64,000 nt of DNA. Origin: Propionivibrio sp. Lineage in GTDB: Bacteria; Pseudomonadota; Gammaproteobacteria; Burkholderiales; Rhodocyclaceae. A model generated the notes under the pieces. That model was not told where the DNA came from, ran no database searches, and saw nothing but the letters and a program-made list of their open reading frames with translations. The stretch is from contig NZ_JASGGX010000001.1 in the NCBI RefSeq assembly GCF_047602565.1, positions 4,667,257-4,731,256 of the forward strand, written 5' to 3'. Position numbers and translations under genes: made by a program. Positions 45,888-54,700 of the stretch are shown piece after piece. Positions within the stretch are counted from its first letter, which is position 1. Every line of letters begins with the position of its first letter.

Positions 45888-46492
45888 CCGAGTTGAATCA
45901 GCCTGACGGCACGGACGCGGACCTCCGACGAGAGGCCGTCGTCGCACTGAAGGCCGTTGTCGAAGTACTGGACGAACGCCGTCATGCCGCCGGGGAAAAG
46001 AGTCGAAGAGCCGTACCACGCGGCGTCGAACGCCTCCGAACCGCCCGCCTTGAAGGCCTTCAGCGTCGTCTGCGCCGGGTTGTCCTCGGTGTACAGCCAG
46101 CCGGGCGGCACGCTGTTGGGGTTCTCGCCGTCGCGCCATGAGCAGCAATTGGGATACGCGGTCGGCTTAAAGTGGCGGTAGCCCAGTTCGAGCACATCGC
46201 GGCTGGGGACGAGCCAGTCGCGGTAGCCGTTGATATCCAGCTCGGCGACGCGCTTGGCGGCTTCGCTGCCGGAGGCGATCAGGGCCGTGGTGTTGGCGGC
46301 GCAGTCGTGGGGGCTGTACTCGCCCTGAGCGGTCTTGCCGGTGAACAGGAGTCTGGCGATGATCTGTCCGGCCGCTTTCGGCGCCCAAACGAAGCCTTTG
46401 TGGGTGCCATTGATGTTGATGACGCCGCCGAAATAGCCGCCGTCGATGAAGGTGCCGATTCGCGGGGTTGCTGAAGGGGTGAATTGGTGCAT
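45872..46492 (-). CDS. DGR target protein 2 (DUF1566/C-type lectin-like fold, C-terminal VR)
   Basis: GGYFGG, INGYRDWLVPSRDVL, WYGSST, AFVQYFDNG.Q......VRVRAV; contains VR2. Confidence 0.9.
   Translation of the reverse strand: MHQFTPSATPRIGTFIDGGYFGGVININGTHKGFVWAPKAAGQIIARLLFTGKTAQGEYSPHDCAANTTALIASGSEAAKRVAELDINGYRDWLVPSRDVLELGYRHFKPTAYPNCCSWRDGENPNSVPPGWLYTEDNPAQTTLKAFKAGGSEAFDAAWYGSSTLFPGGMTAFVQYFDNGLQCDDGLSSEVRVRAVRLIQLGSSVL
45903..45982 (-). repeat. DGR variable repeat VR2
   Basis: 71/80 identical to TR; all 9 mismatches at TR adenines. Confidence 0.95.
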
Positions 46493-46500
46493 GGTCGCTC

Positions 46501-46808
46501 CTAGGTGGTGGTGGGGTGGTCGGGGTGAAGGCAGAAGACTCGTATCCCGTTCGCGTTGCGGCGGACGATCTGCTCCAGCGCGATCAGGGTGTTGAGTGAT
46601 GCAGCGTGCTGTCCTTGCTGAAACCGGTGGCCTCGGCGCACTGCCGCGCGGTCAGCGGGCCGTGCTGCGAGATCGCGTCGAGCAGCCCCTGCCGCCGGGC
46701 GAGGCTGATCGCGTCCCGTTGGGAGTTCGCCAACGCTTCCGCCCGCCGGGCGGCCTCGGCGGCCACGGCCAATTCGAGCGCGCGCATTTCGTCGGCGAAG
46801 GTCAGCAT
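46501..46808 (-). pseudogene. Small winged-HTH protein with a 1-nt frameshift near 46595
   Basis: LDAISQHGPLTARQCAEATGFSKDSTLHH, continuing in another frame as (L)NTLIALEQIVRR. Confidence 0.55.
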
Positions 46809-46878
46809 GTCTTTCGCCTCCCCGCCGACGACGGGTGGATGAATACGGCATTGATCATGATTTTTCGCTCCTGATGGG

Positions 46879-47103
46879 TTACTTGCAGGCCGCGCAGCGC
46901 GAGACGAGCTGGCTCAGCGCGGAGGGGGTCGAGCGCCGGCCGAGGAAGACCGGGCGCGTCGGGGTGCGGCGGAAGAGGGCGAAGGCCTCGCCCTGGCGGG
47001 TGAAGAACATGTTGTGGCGGCTGGCGAGCCGGCGGGCCTGCTCGAGCAGGTCGTCGGGGTCGAGCGGATCGCGCTGTCCCATGGCGGCCTCAATCGCCCG
47101 CAT
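46879..47103 (-). CDS. Phage hypothetical protein
   Basis: ORF within the coupled early operon. Confidence 0.55.
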   Translation of the reverse strand: MRAIEAAMGQRDPLDPDDLLEQARRLASRHNMFFTRQGEAFALFRRTPTRPVFLGRRSTPSALSQLVSRCAACK

Positions 47104-47179
47104 ACCGGGCGATGCAGGCGCCGGCGAGCAGGCTGACCGGCACGGACAGGACCAGCCAGAGGAGCAGCGCGGTGATCAT
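47090..47179 (-). CDS. Very small hydrophobic peptide (MITALLLWLVLSVPVSLLAGACIARYAGD)
   Basis: ATGA overlap with the upstream stop, GGAGG RBS, single TM segment. Confidence 0.4.
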   Translation of the reverse strand: MITALLLWLVLSVPVSLLAGACIARYAGD

Positions 47180-47643
47180 GCCGCCTTCCTCCGCCGCTTC
47201 TCGAAGCCCCAGGTGGCGATCATCCGTTCGAACAGATCGCCGCCGTCGACGAAGAAGGTGTGCGGCTCGCGGCGCGTCTCGTAGCACAGGCGGATGACGT
47301 TGAGCGCGTGCTCGAGATTGGGGCCGTCGAGCACGAAGACCAGGCGCGAGGCATCCATCTTCACGCGGTCGCCGTTGTACAGGCTGGCCAGCAGGCGCGC
47401 GAAGACGGCGGCGGCGGAGCAGTCGTGGTGCATCGCCCAGTCCATGGCCACCTGGATGGACTTGAGGCAGGTCTGCAGATCGGCGTTGCGCAGGGCCTGG
47501 CGCTTGTCCCAGTCGTCCGAATGCATGGCGGCCTGGAACCTTTCGAACTCGGCGTAGCGCATCGTGGTGGTGACCGTGAGCCAGTGATCGTTCTGGCCGT
47601 TGCCGTCCTCGAGCGGCTTGACCTCGATCTTGAAGTCGCTCAT
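47176..47643 (-). CDS. Phage hypothetical protein
   Basis: ATGA coupling; AVFARLLASLYNG motif. Confidence 0.7.
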   Translation of the reverse strand: MSDFKIEVKPLEDGNGQNDHWLTVTTTMRYAEFERFQAAMHSDDWDKRQALRNADLQTCLKSIQVAMDWAMHHDCSAAAVFARLLASLYNGDRVKMDASRLVFVLDGPNLEHALNVIRLCYETRREPHTFFVDGGDLFERMIATWGFEKRRRKAA

Positions 47644-48341
47644 GCCGCGGCCCTCCCATAGAACGCGCGGCGCAGGGCCGCCAGGGTGACGCGGCCGGCG
47701 GCGCCAACGTCGATCTCGTCGAGCGCGGCCTCGACCTCCTCGCGCGGGGTCTGGGTGTAGACGCCGCTGGAACGGATGTCGGCGTGGCCGAGGGCCTTCT
47801 GCACCACGCCGCGCGGGTCGCGCGCGGTGCTCGACTGCATGATCGCCATGGCGCGGGTGTGGCGCAGCCAGTGCGGCGAGACGCCCGGGGGCAGCCCTGC
47901 CTTCTCGGCCCAGGCGGAGAGGCGCAGCTGGTAGCTGCGCACGCTCATCGCCGTGCCGTGGCGCGAGACGACGAGCGGATCGAACTCGCGGCAGTCGGCG
48001 CCGGTAAGCTCGAAGCGGCACTTCAACAAGTCCTGCAGCGCGCGGCGCAGGGCGTCGGTGAGGTAGACGCTGTGGTCCTTCGGCGGCTTGCGCAGCTTGC
48101 CGTCCTGCGTGGGCTTGCGGTTCCAGCCCTTGCGGTGCTCGCGCGGGACGAAGAGATAGCCCGAGCGCAGCGCGGCTAGCGCGTCGCCGACGCTGATGTG
48201 CGAGAACTCCTGGATGCGCAGCCCGGAATGGCGCAGTGCGCGCACCCAGGCGTAGTCGCGTGCGGCCAGCGGGTCGCCGCTGTGCAGCTTCAAGGTCCAG
48301 AGCAGCTTGGTCTGCTCCTCCTCGGTGAGATACCGGTTCAT
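47640..48341 (-). CDS. Minimal tyrosine recombinase (catalytic domain only)
   Basis: RYLTEEE start, GLRIQE (R), PHWLRHT (HxxR), LGHADIRSSGVY (H, Y); GGAG RBS. An in-frame upstream extension to 48461 is possible. Confidence 0.88.
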   Translation of the reverse strand: MNRYLTEEEQTKLLWTLKLHSGDPLAARDYAWVRALRHSGLRIQEFSHISVGDALAALRSGYLFVPREHRKGWNRKPTQDGKLRKPPKDHSVYLTDALRRALQDLLKCRFELTGADCREFDPLVVSRHGTAMSVRSYQLRLSAWAEKAGLPPGVSPHWLRHTRAMAIMQSSTARDPRGVVQKALGHADIRSSGVYTQTPREEVEAALDEIDVGAAGRVTLAALRRAFYGRAAA

Positions 48342-48460
48342 CGTTCGCTCCTGTCCGATCCGGGGAAGTTCGGCCGGCGCGGCGGGATCGATCGCCGACG
48401 TGACCGTGGAGAAGACGAGGACGGCGGCCAGGGCCTGCAGCCAGTCGCGGAACGTGGGCA

Positions 48461-48655
48461 TCAACGGTCCTCCTGCGGCAGGCGCCGGGTGACTGCCGGC
48501 GCGGGCTTGGTCCAGCCGTAGAGGCGCTGCTCGAGGTCGGCGCGGAAGATGCGGACGAAATCTCGGGCGATGTCCAGCGAAACGCCCTCGGGCAGGTTGT
48601 CGGTCAGGTGTTCGAGGCCGGCGCGGCGCAGCGGCTCGGGGAGGGGGTTAGTCAT
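48461..48655 (-). CDS. Phage hypothetical protein
   Basis: Coupled small ORF. Confidence 0.55.
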   Translation of the reverse strand: MTNPLPEPLRRAGLEHLTDNLPEGVSLDIARDFVRIFRADLEQRLYGWTKPAPAVTRRLPQEDR

Positions 48656-49109
48656 CGACCAGTCCCTCGATGCGGGCCATCGTCTCGGCGATGGCGGCCA
48701 TGTATTCCTGGCCCTCCTTGCGGATGCGGCCGTAGTCGGCGCGGGAGAAGCGCGCGCCGGAAAGGCCGGCGTTGATGGCCCGGTAGAAATCGCCGCCTTC
48801 GTCGCCGATGCGGCAGACCAGCTCGACGAGCGCCGTGTCGGAGACGTTCGAAAGGTCGGGGACCGGGAAACAGACTTCGCCCAGGGTGGCCCCCATGGCG
48901 TGCAGGATGCGATGATCCCGGGACACGACCTGCATGCGCACCGAGGTCGCCAGCCAGAGTTTGTGCGTTTCCTGCTCGGGGTTCAGGCGGTTGAGGAAGG
49001 TGCCGGGGTTCTCGCCCAGGTCCTGGGCCATGCGCACCGCGCCACCCTTGTTCGCGGCGCCGCCCTTGTAGTCGTGCGCGACGCGATATGCCGCCTCGAA
49101 GACGTCCAT
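48648..49109 (-). CDS. Phage regulatory CII family protein (186/P2-like)
   Basis: AAYRVAHDY.GG...LA..LG....L.N.LNP....HKL...RILHAM pattern. Confidence 0.8.
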   Translation of the reverse strand: MDVFEAAYRVAHDYKGGAANKGGAVRMAQDLGENPGTFLNRLNPEQETHKLWLATSVRMQVVSRDHRILHAMGATLGEVCFPVPDLSNVSDTALVELVCRIGDEGGDFYRAINAGLSGARFSRADYGRIRKEGQEYMAAIAETMARIEGLVDD

Positions 49110-49236
49110 TGTTGATCGCTCCCTTCCATCAACTTTCTTGTGGTCGGGCGGCGACGGATACTGGGCTTGCGAAGTCCGGCGGTATCCATCCCGCACCGCC
49201 GCCGACGGGCGCGCCAACGCCCGCCGGCGGCACCTG

Positions 49237-49398
49237 TCATGCCGCGGCGCGCTCGCGCTTCTCCATGGCCTTGCGCAGCAGCATGCCGGCAAGGTTGGAA
49301 ATGGTTCGCTGTTCCCTCTGGGCCAAGGCCTTCAGGCGCGCCTTGTCGCGCGCCGGAAAGTGGATGGTCAACAGGGATTCGCTGCGTTTTTCGCTCAT
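49237..49398 (-). CDS. Ribbon-helix-helix (Arc/CopG-like) protein at the Cro position, 53 aa
   Basis: Manual translation MSEKRSESLLTIHFPARDKARLKALAQREQRTISNLAGMLLRKAMEKRERAAA; divergent from the repressor. Confidence 0.7.
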   Translation of the reverse strand: MSEKRSESLLTIHFPARDKARLKALAQREQRTISNLAGMLLRKAMEKRERAAA

Positions 49399-49474
49399 GT
49401 GATACCCTCAGCATGTGTAGTACATTGTATGTGCTTGTAAGCACATGAATACATACTAGTGAGCTTATAAACAC
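49399..49474. promoter_or_regulatory. Immunity switch region with palindromic operator candidate
   Basis: AT-rich; ATGTGCTT-GT-AAGCACAT at 49429-49446 plus further ATGTG/CACAT half-sites. Confidence 0.6.
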
Positions 49475-50227
49475 ATGTCAAGCGGTTCCGCGACAAATTT
49501 TTTCGAACGGCTGATGGCCCTGCTCGAGGACCGGAAACCCAACGTCTGGGTGGTCGAAACGGGCCTGGACCGGAGCGTGATCAGGAACGCCAAGGAGAAA
49601 GGGGCGATCCCCGGCTGGGAGACGCTGTTCGCCATCCGCCGCGCCGAAGGCGTGCGCGTGGAATGGCTGACGGAAGGGCAGGGCGAGCCGTTCGAGGTCT
49701 GGCGTTTCGTCGACGAGGATGAGTGCGCCGAGACCCTCGACACGCATCTGCACGACGAGCCATGGACGGTGACGATCGCGACCGACGGGCAGCGGCACGC
49801 GGCGGTGCTCAGCCAGCCGATGGAGAGCGAGGTACACGGCCGCGCCGGGCGCGTGACGACGTACCGCTACCTGGCGACCGAGATCCTGCTCGGCGTACGC
49901 AAGAAATCGCTCGATGCGATCATGGCGCGGGGGCGGGACATCCGCCTGGCCAAAGTCAGCGCCGAGCGAATTGACGCGATCTACGGCGGACAGGCGGGAA
50001 CGTACCGCCTGCTACGGGCGCGGGATGCCTGGCTCGGAGATGCGAAACCCATCGACGCCCGGCATGCGATCTTCACGCAGGCCGAGCCGGAACCGCGAGT
50101 GCTGACGAACGACGAAGAGCAGTTGATTCAGATCTACGGGAGTCTCGCCGCTGAAAAGCGCGCGACCTACAAGGCGATTGGGCATACGCTTGCTCAACAA
50201 GAGCCTTCTGGCGAAGCAGCAGACTGA
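49475..50227 (+). CDS. Probable prophage repressor (N-terminal HTH, no clear S24 peptidase)
   Basis: ERL...TGLDRSVI...IPGWETL..I...GVRVEWLTEGQGEPF; the only plus-strand gene identified in the prophage. Confidence 0.72.
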   Translation: MSSGSATNFFERLMALLEDRKPNVWVVETGLDRSVIRNAKEKGAIPGWETLFAIRRAEGVRVEWLTEGQGEPFEVWRFVDEDECAETLDTHLHDEPWTVTIATDGQRHAAVLSQPMESEVHGRAGRVTTYRYLATEILLGVRKKSLDAIMARGRDIRLAKVSAERIDAIYGGQAGTYRLLRARDAWLGDAKPIDARHAIFTQAEPEPRVLTNDEEQLIQIYGSLAAEKRATYKAIGHTLAQQEPSGEAAD

Positions 50228-50246
50228 AACCGTGGAATGAGGAGTG

Positions 50247-50654
50247 CTACCGCCGGCACATCGGCGTGCCCGACTCCGCAAAGCCCCGCACCCGGGCGAA
50301 GCTCGAGCTCTGCCCAGGCTTGTCCATGACGTCGATACGCGCCGTTCCGCTACCCGCGTCCAGGACGTCGACCACCAGCAAGGTCGTGGTAATGCCGCTC
50401 AACACGGTGACCTCGATCACGCCCTTCTTCAGGTCCTGGTGGAGATCGCCCTGCACCAGCCAGGTCGAACCGATCGATCCAAACTGGAAACAGCGCCGCA
50501 TTTCCTCGAGCAGCGAACGATAGGCCGCCTGGTAGTCCTGGCCTACGGAAAAGCTCTTGGGCGCTGACTGTTCCCGGATTTCACGGGCGGTCATCGGCGC
50601 ACAGCCGGCGACGACGAAGGCCGCGACAACGATAAACGATGATGTGATTTTCAT
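50247..50654 (-). CDS. Lipoprotein (moron-like)
   Basis: Lipobox VAGC after a hydrophobic leader. Confidence 0.7.
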   Translation of the reverse strand: MKITSSFIVVAAFVVAGCAPMTAREIREQSAPKSFSVGQDYQAAYRSLLEEMRRCFQFGSIGSTWLVQGDLHQDLKKGVIEVTVLSGITTTLLVVDVLDAGSGTARIDVMDKPGQSSSFARVRGFAESGTPMCRR

Positions 50655-50748
50655 GGATACCCCTTTTTTCAAGGAAGCCTAGCATCGTCGAGCAAACCTC
50701 TCAATCGTCGAAACATGCGGCGCGCCACGGCCTTGGTGCGGGTGAAGC

Positions 50749-51270
50749 TCAAACCGGCCACGCCAGCGCGGGCAGATCGGCCTCGATATCGGCGATCGAG
50801 GACGGTACCGGGCGCTCGCCGCTCAGAACTTCCGCTGTCAGGATCTCGCCCTTAGCCCAGGTCTCCGCGGTCTTCACTTTCAGATACCTCGTCTCCGCGC
50901 GATACCGCGTGACGATCGCCTGCAGAACGTCCGGCAGCGAAGCGATCTCGGCATCCGTGAGATCGTCGTACTTCGGTCCGGAGCCCACGTTGTCGTAACG
51001 CCTGGTCTTTGCGAAATTATCCAGGCGCTTCTGGATCTGCGCCGATAGCCCCGCGATGATCTCGTCGCTGGTCGGCACATGCGGCGCGAATGTGCCGTCC
51101 ACCTGTTTTTCCCACCCGACCTTGACATTGGCTGGCACACCATAAGTGTTCGGCTGCGGAGGTTCCTCAGGGTCGAATCCGGGAACCACCTCGAGCGGCA
51201 GGACGACTACGATACGCTCGATGCCATCAACGAGCCTTGTACTTGCGTATTGCGTGATTTCCTGTTGCAT
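50749..51270 (-). CDS. Tail fibre assembly/chaperone-like protein
   Basis: Follows the fibre gene; IQKRLDNFAKTRRYD...LPALAWP pattern. Confidence 0.6.
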   Translation of the reverse strand: MQQEITQYASTRLVDGIERIVVVLPLEVVPGFDPEEPPQPNTYGVPANVKVGWEKQVDGTFAPHVPTSDEIIAGLSAQIQKRLDNFAKTRRYDNVGSGPKYDDLTDAEIASLPDVLQAIVTRYRAETRYLKVKTAETWAKGEILTAEVLSGERPVPSSIADIEADLPALAWPV

Positions 51271-51273
51271 GTT

Positions 51274-51765
51274 CTAGCCTCCTCCCTCCCCACCACCGCC
51301 AGCGCCGGTCTGGGTGACTTGAAAATCGAATATCCCTCCATTGGCGCGCGTAGCTCTACAGAAGTCAGTTCCGTTAGAGTCTCGATGCAACCAAGCTATA
51401 TTGACCACGGCAGTCATCGGGGCGTTGTTCGATGCAGTACCGGCATACGTGGCGTAATTGACAGAGAAATTCGACGGACTCCAAACGTAAAAATTGCTCC
51501 CGTCGTTGCTGCCCCAGACGTACGTCGGTTGACCTGTTTGGCCGGCCCACTGCCAGTTCCCCGCGATATTCGGTGTCGTCGGCTTGCCGGTGATATTTCC
51601 CCAGGTCAACGTCGCGACGCCCAGCGCGTTGCGGGCATCGGCGGGTAATCCGGTGGTCCCGAGCAGTCCCGCGAGAAACTCGCGCAACGCCGTGAGGTAG
51701 GTTTTGACGTCTCCCTCGCTCGCCGCGGCGTTGGTGGCATTTGATGCCGGTGGCAGTGCGGTCAT
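51274..51765 (-). CDS. Short tail fibre protein
   Basis: WGNITGKPT, GQPTYVWGSNDG...YVWSPSNFSVNYA fibre-type motifs. Confidence 0.7.
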   Translation of the reverse strand: MTALPPASNATNAAASEGDVKTYLTALREFLAGLLGTTGLPADARNALGVATLTWGNITGKPTTPNIAGNWQWAGQTGQPTYVWGSNDGSNFYVWSPSNFSVNYATYAGTASNNAPMTAVVNIAWLHRDSNGTDFCRATRANGGIFDFQVTQTGAGGGGEGGG

Positions 51766-51768
51766 GGC

Positions 51769-54700
51769 TCAGTACCTCCACATCAGATTGCTGTCGTTGG
51801 TCCACATGGCGTTCGCATCGTTGGTCCACATGTAGTCCGACGACATGGAATAATTGACTTGCACCCAGGGGCCGGGCTCCAGGCCGACGGCACAGACGCG
51901 GATGATCGTGGCGGCGCCGTACAGCGCGGTCGCGGTGTAGTTGCAGGCCGACGGCTCGCCCGAGCGCACCCAGTTGATTCCGTCGCTGGACTGCTCGATC
52001 AGGTAATAATTGGCCCAGGGCGACGGCTGCCACGAAAGGATCATCCGTTCCGAGTGCCCGGGCATCGAACGCGCGGTCAGCCCCTTGAGCAGCGGCGCCA
52101 CGGTGTAGGTCGGCAGCTGCGACGACTTCACCGGCGGCGCGACGACGCCCTGGTCGGCGGTATGCACCGATGGGTCCTCGTTGATCGCCTCGATTTCGAC
52201 GGTGTTCATCGAGCGCGGACGGATCGCAACGACGCGCGCCAGCTGCGCCCAGGTGTCGCCCCAGCCGAACGAGCCTTGCGTGCGCTCCGCGGCCAGACCG
52301 GTGTACGGCGCCTCGTCTGGCTCGTCCGCCAGGATCAGGCTGCGAGGGTCGGTCTTCTTGAGCGATAGGGCATCGACGTGCAGCGTGTCGGGCGTGGTGT
52401 AGTTCGCCAACACGAGCATCCGTACGTATTTCGTCCCAGCCCGCAGGGTGCTGCTGCCGGGTTCAACGGAGAAATCAAGCTGCCGCGACATCGAGCCGGA
52501 AAACTCGGTCCACGTCGATGTAACCGGACCGGCCAACAACGCATAGGTATACGTGCTGCCCGCATGGCTGTTGCCGACAGGGGTTCCGGCCGCCCAGGCG
52601 CGGACCAACGGCGCCCCCAGCACCAGGACCCAATACGCCGGATTCGACGTGTCGATGGCGGTGATCGGGGGGCAATCAAGCTGCGGCAGGTCAGAAAATC
52701 CCAATTCGATGCCGAGTTGCAGAAAGCTTCCCGCCGGCCACGAGGGCGATGCCGGGGCGAACCAGGCTTCCGCCGCCGGCAGAATCTTGACGGAGGTCGA
52801 TCCCTCCGCCGCCGGTTCGTAAAGGGTGGTGGTCTTGCCTGGATCGCGCCAGGAGCCTTGAATCGGGATGACCCGTTTATCCGCGTCGTAGCACACCACG
52901 CCGGCGTACGTGAGATTGCTGGCGGCTTCGCAGCGGAAAGCGCCGCGCAGTTTGTACGTGGGATCCGCTTCAATCGGAATCCAGTCATCGCCGAGGATCT
53001 CGCCTGCCGGCCCCGTGTAGGTGAAATGGGGGCCGCCGCCGTATCCATCGGAGGTTGCATAAGTCAGCTGCGAAAAATGCGCATTGCTGCCCAGCGAAGC
53101 ATCGCCGTTCTCGAGGATTTCGGGGCTCAGTCCAGGTGTCACCGCGATCGGGCCGTCAACGCTGCCGTCCCGTCGGCGCAACGCCACGTAGTTGATCGAG
53201 TACTCCCAGGTGATCGGCTCGCTGACGCGCAGCGTGCGCGTGCCGGCGTCCCACGCGACGCACTCGAACGACTGGCCCCATTGCGGCATGTCGTGGCTGA
53301 CTGCGATCAGGTCGGCGAAGGAGGGGATGAAGCCCTCCATCTCGGTCTGGAACTTCATGACCGTGCGCCGGTAGCGGTTCGCCGCGGCGAAATACAGTCC
53401 CTCGTGGTGAGCTTGTTCACGGTCAGTGACGCCGAACAGGTCGATCTTGGCCGGCTTGCTCGAAGCGCTGTCCGGCAGCGTGCACGGCACTCTGCGCGTG
53501 GCCCAGGCGTTCTCGTCGTAATAGCTGACCGAGACGCTGTCGGCGGTGTCGTCCGAGGGCGTGATGTATTCGAGGCTGAACGATCCCTTGACGATGTTGC
53601 GCATCGAGTACATCGCCACCGGCACCGAGACAGCCTGGTCGCGAGCAACGTAGAGCAGCCCGCCCTGCATATAGGGCTTGGAGCGGCCGGCGCGGCCGAT
53701 CTGGGTCAGCGCATCCCACAACGTGCCAAGCGTGTCGAAGCGCGCGTTGTACCGGTCGCCGCGCGCCGACCAGACGCCGTCGAGCGCCAGCAGACCGTCG
53801 AGATCGAGGCGTGAATCCGCCAGGCCGCCGCCGTAGTCCGCATCGCGCGCGGCGTCGGCCAGCGCCCAGGCGATCGAACGCGTGGCCGTCGGTGCGCTCC
53901 AGGACGACCCGTTCCAGATCGGCAGCTTGCGCGTGGAAATGACGTTGATCTTGCGCGAGGACTGCGACGAGAGGTTGTTCGTCGCGCGCATCTTGACCGC
54001 CAGCAGCGTGACGTTGCCGTAGTCGTCCGTCTCCGGCAGGTAGGCGCGCAGCCCGGACCAGTCGAGTTCGTGGCCGTAGCGCGTCGAGGTCTGCTTGGTG
54101 TCCGTGCGCTGCAGGCGCACCTCGTAGCGGCCGGCGTTGACCGCGTACTTGAAGCTGTAGCGCTGCGCCGTGGCGGTGGCGCCCGGCAGCGTGTGCGTAC
54201 CCAGGGTCGTCCAGCCGCTGGTGGCGTTGCCGTTGGCGTCGATCGCGCGCGCCTGGACGGTGAACGTCATGGATACTTCATTGAGTCCGCCGGAGTCGTT
54301 GGCGTAGTAGATGCCGCGCGGCGCCACCACATCAACGCCCAAGAAATTCGCCGTGGTCTCGGCGGCATTGGCCGTAAACGGCCCCAGCCAGGTGCCGGTC
54401 AGCGCTTCCTGTCCGGCCACTTCCTCGGACGTGACGACGTTGGCGGGGAACAGCGTCAGCGTGCCTCCCGGCGGGACGATCTGTGTCTCGACGTCCTCGA
54501 AATTGGTGATCGCCGTGTCCGCGATGCGGATCGTCTCGATGTCGTACTGCCCGGCGCCGATGCACAGCAACTGGTAGAGATACTGCTCGTTGCCGGCATA
54601 CTCGACGAACGGCAGCGCGGCGAAATCGGGGAAACTGAGCATGCGGCCGTACTGCACCGGGATCGGCGCTTCCAGGCGGGCGGCGTTGCCCTGCGCGGTC

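Noticed and set aside
51790-51835. Direct repeat encoding MWTND twice at the TipJ C-terminus
   Set aside because: Short coding duplication with no evidence of a separate function.
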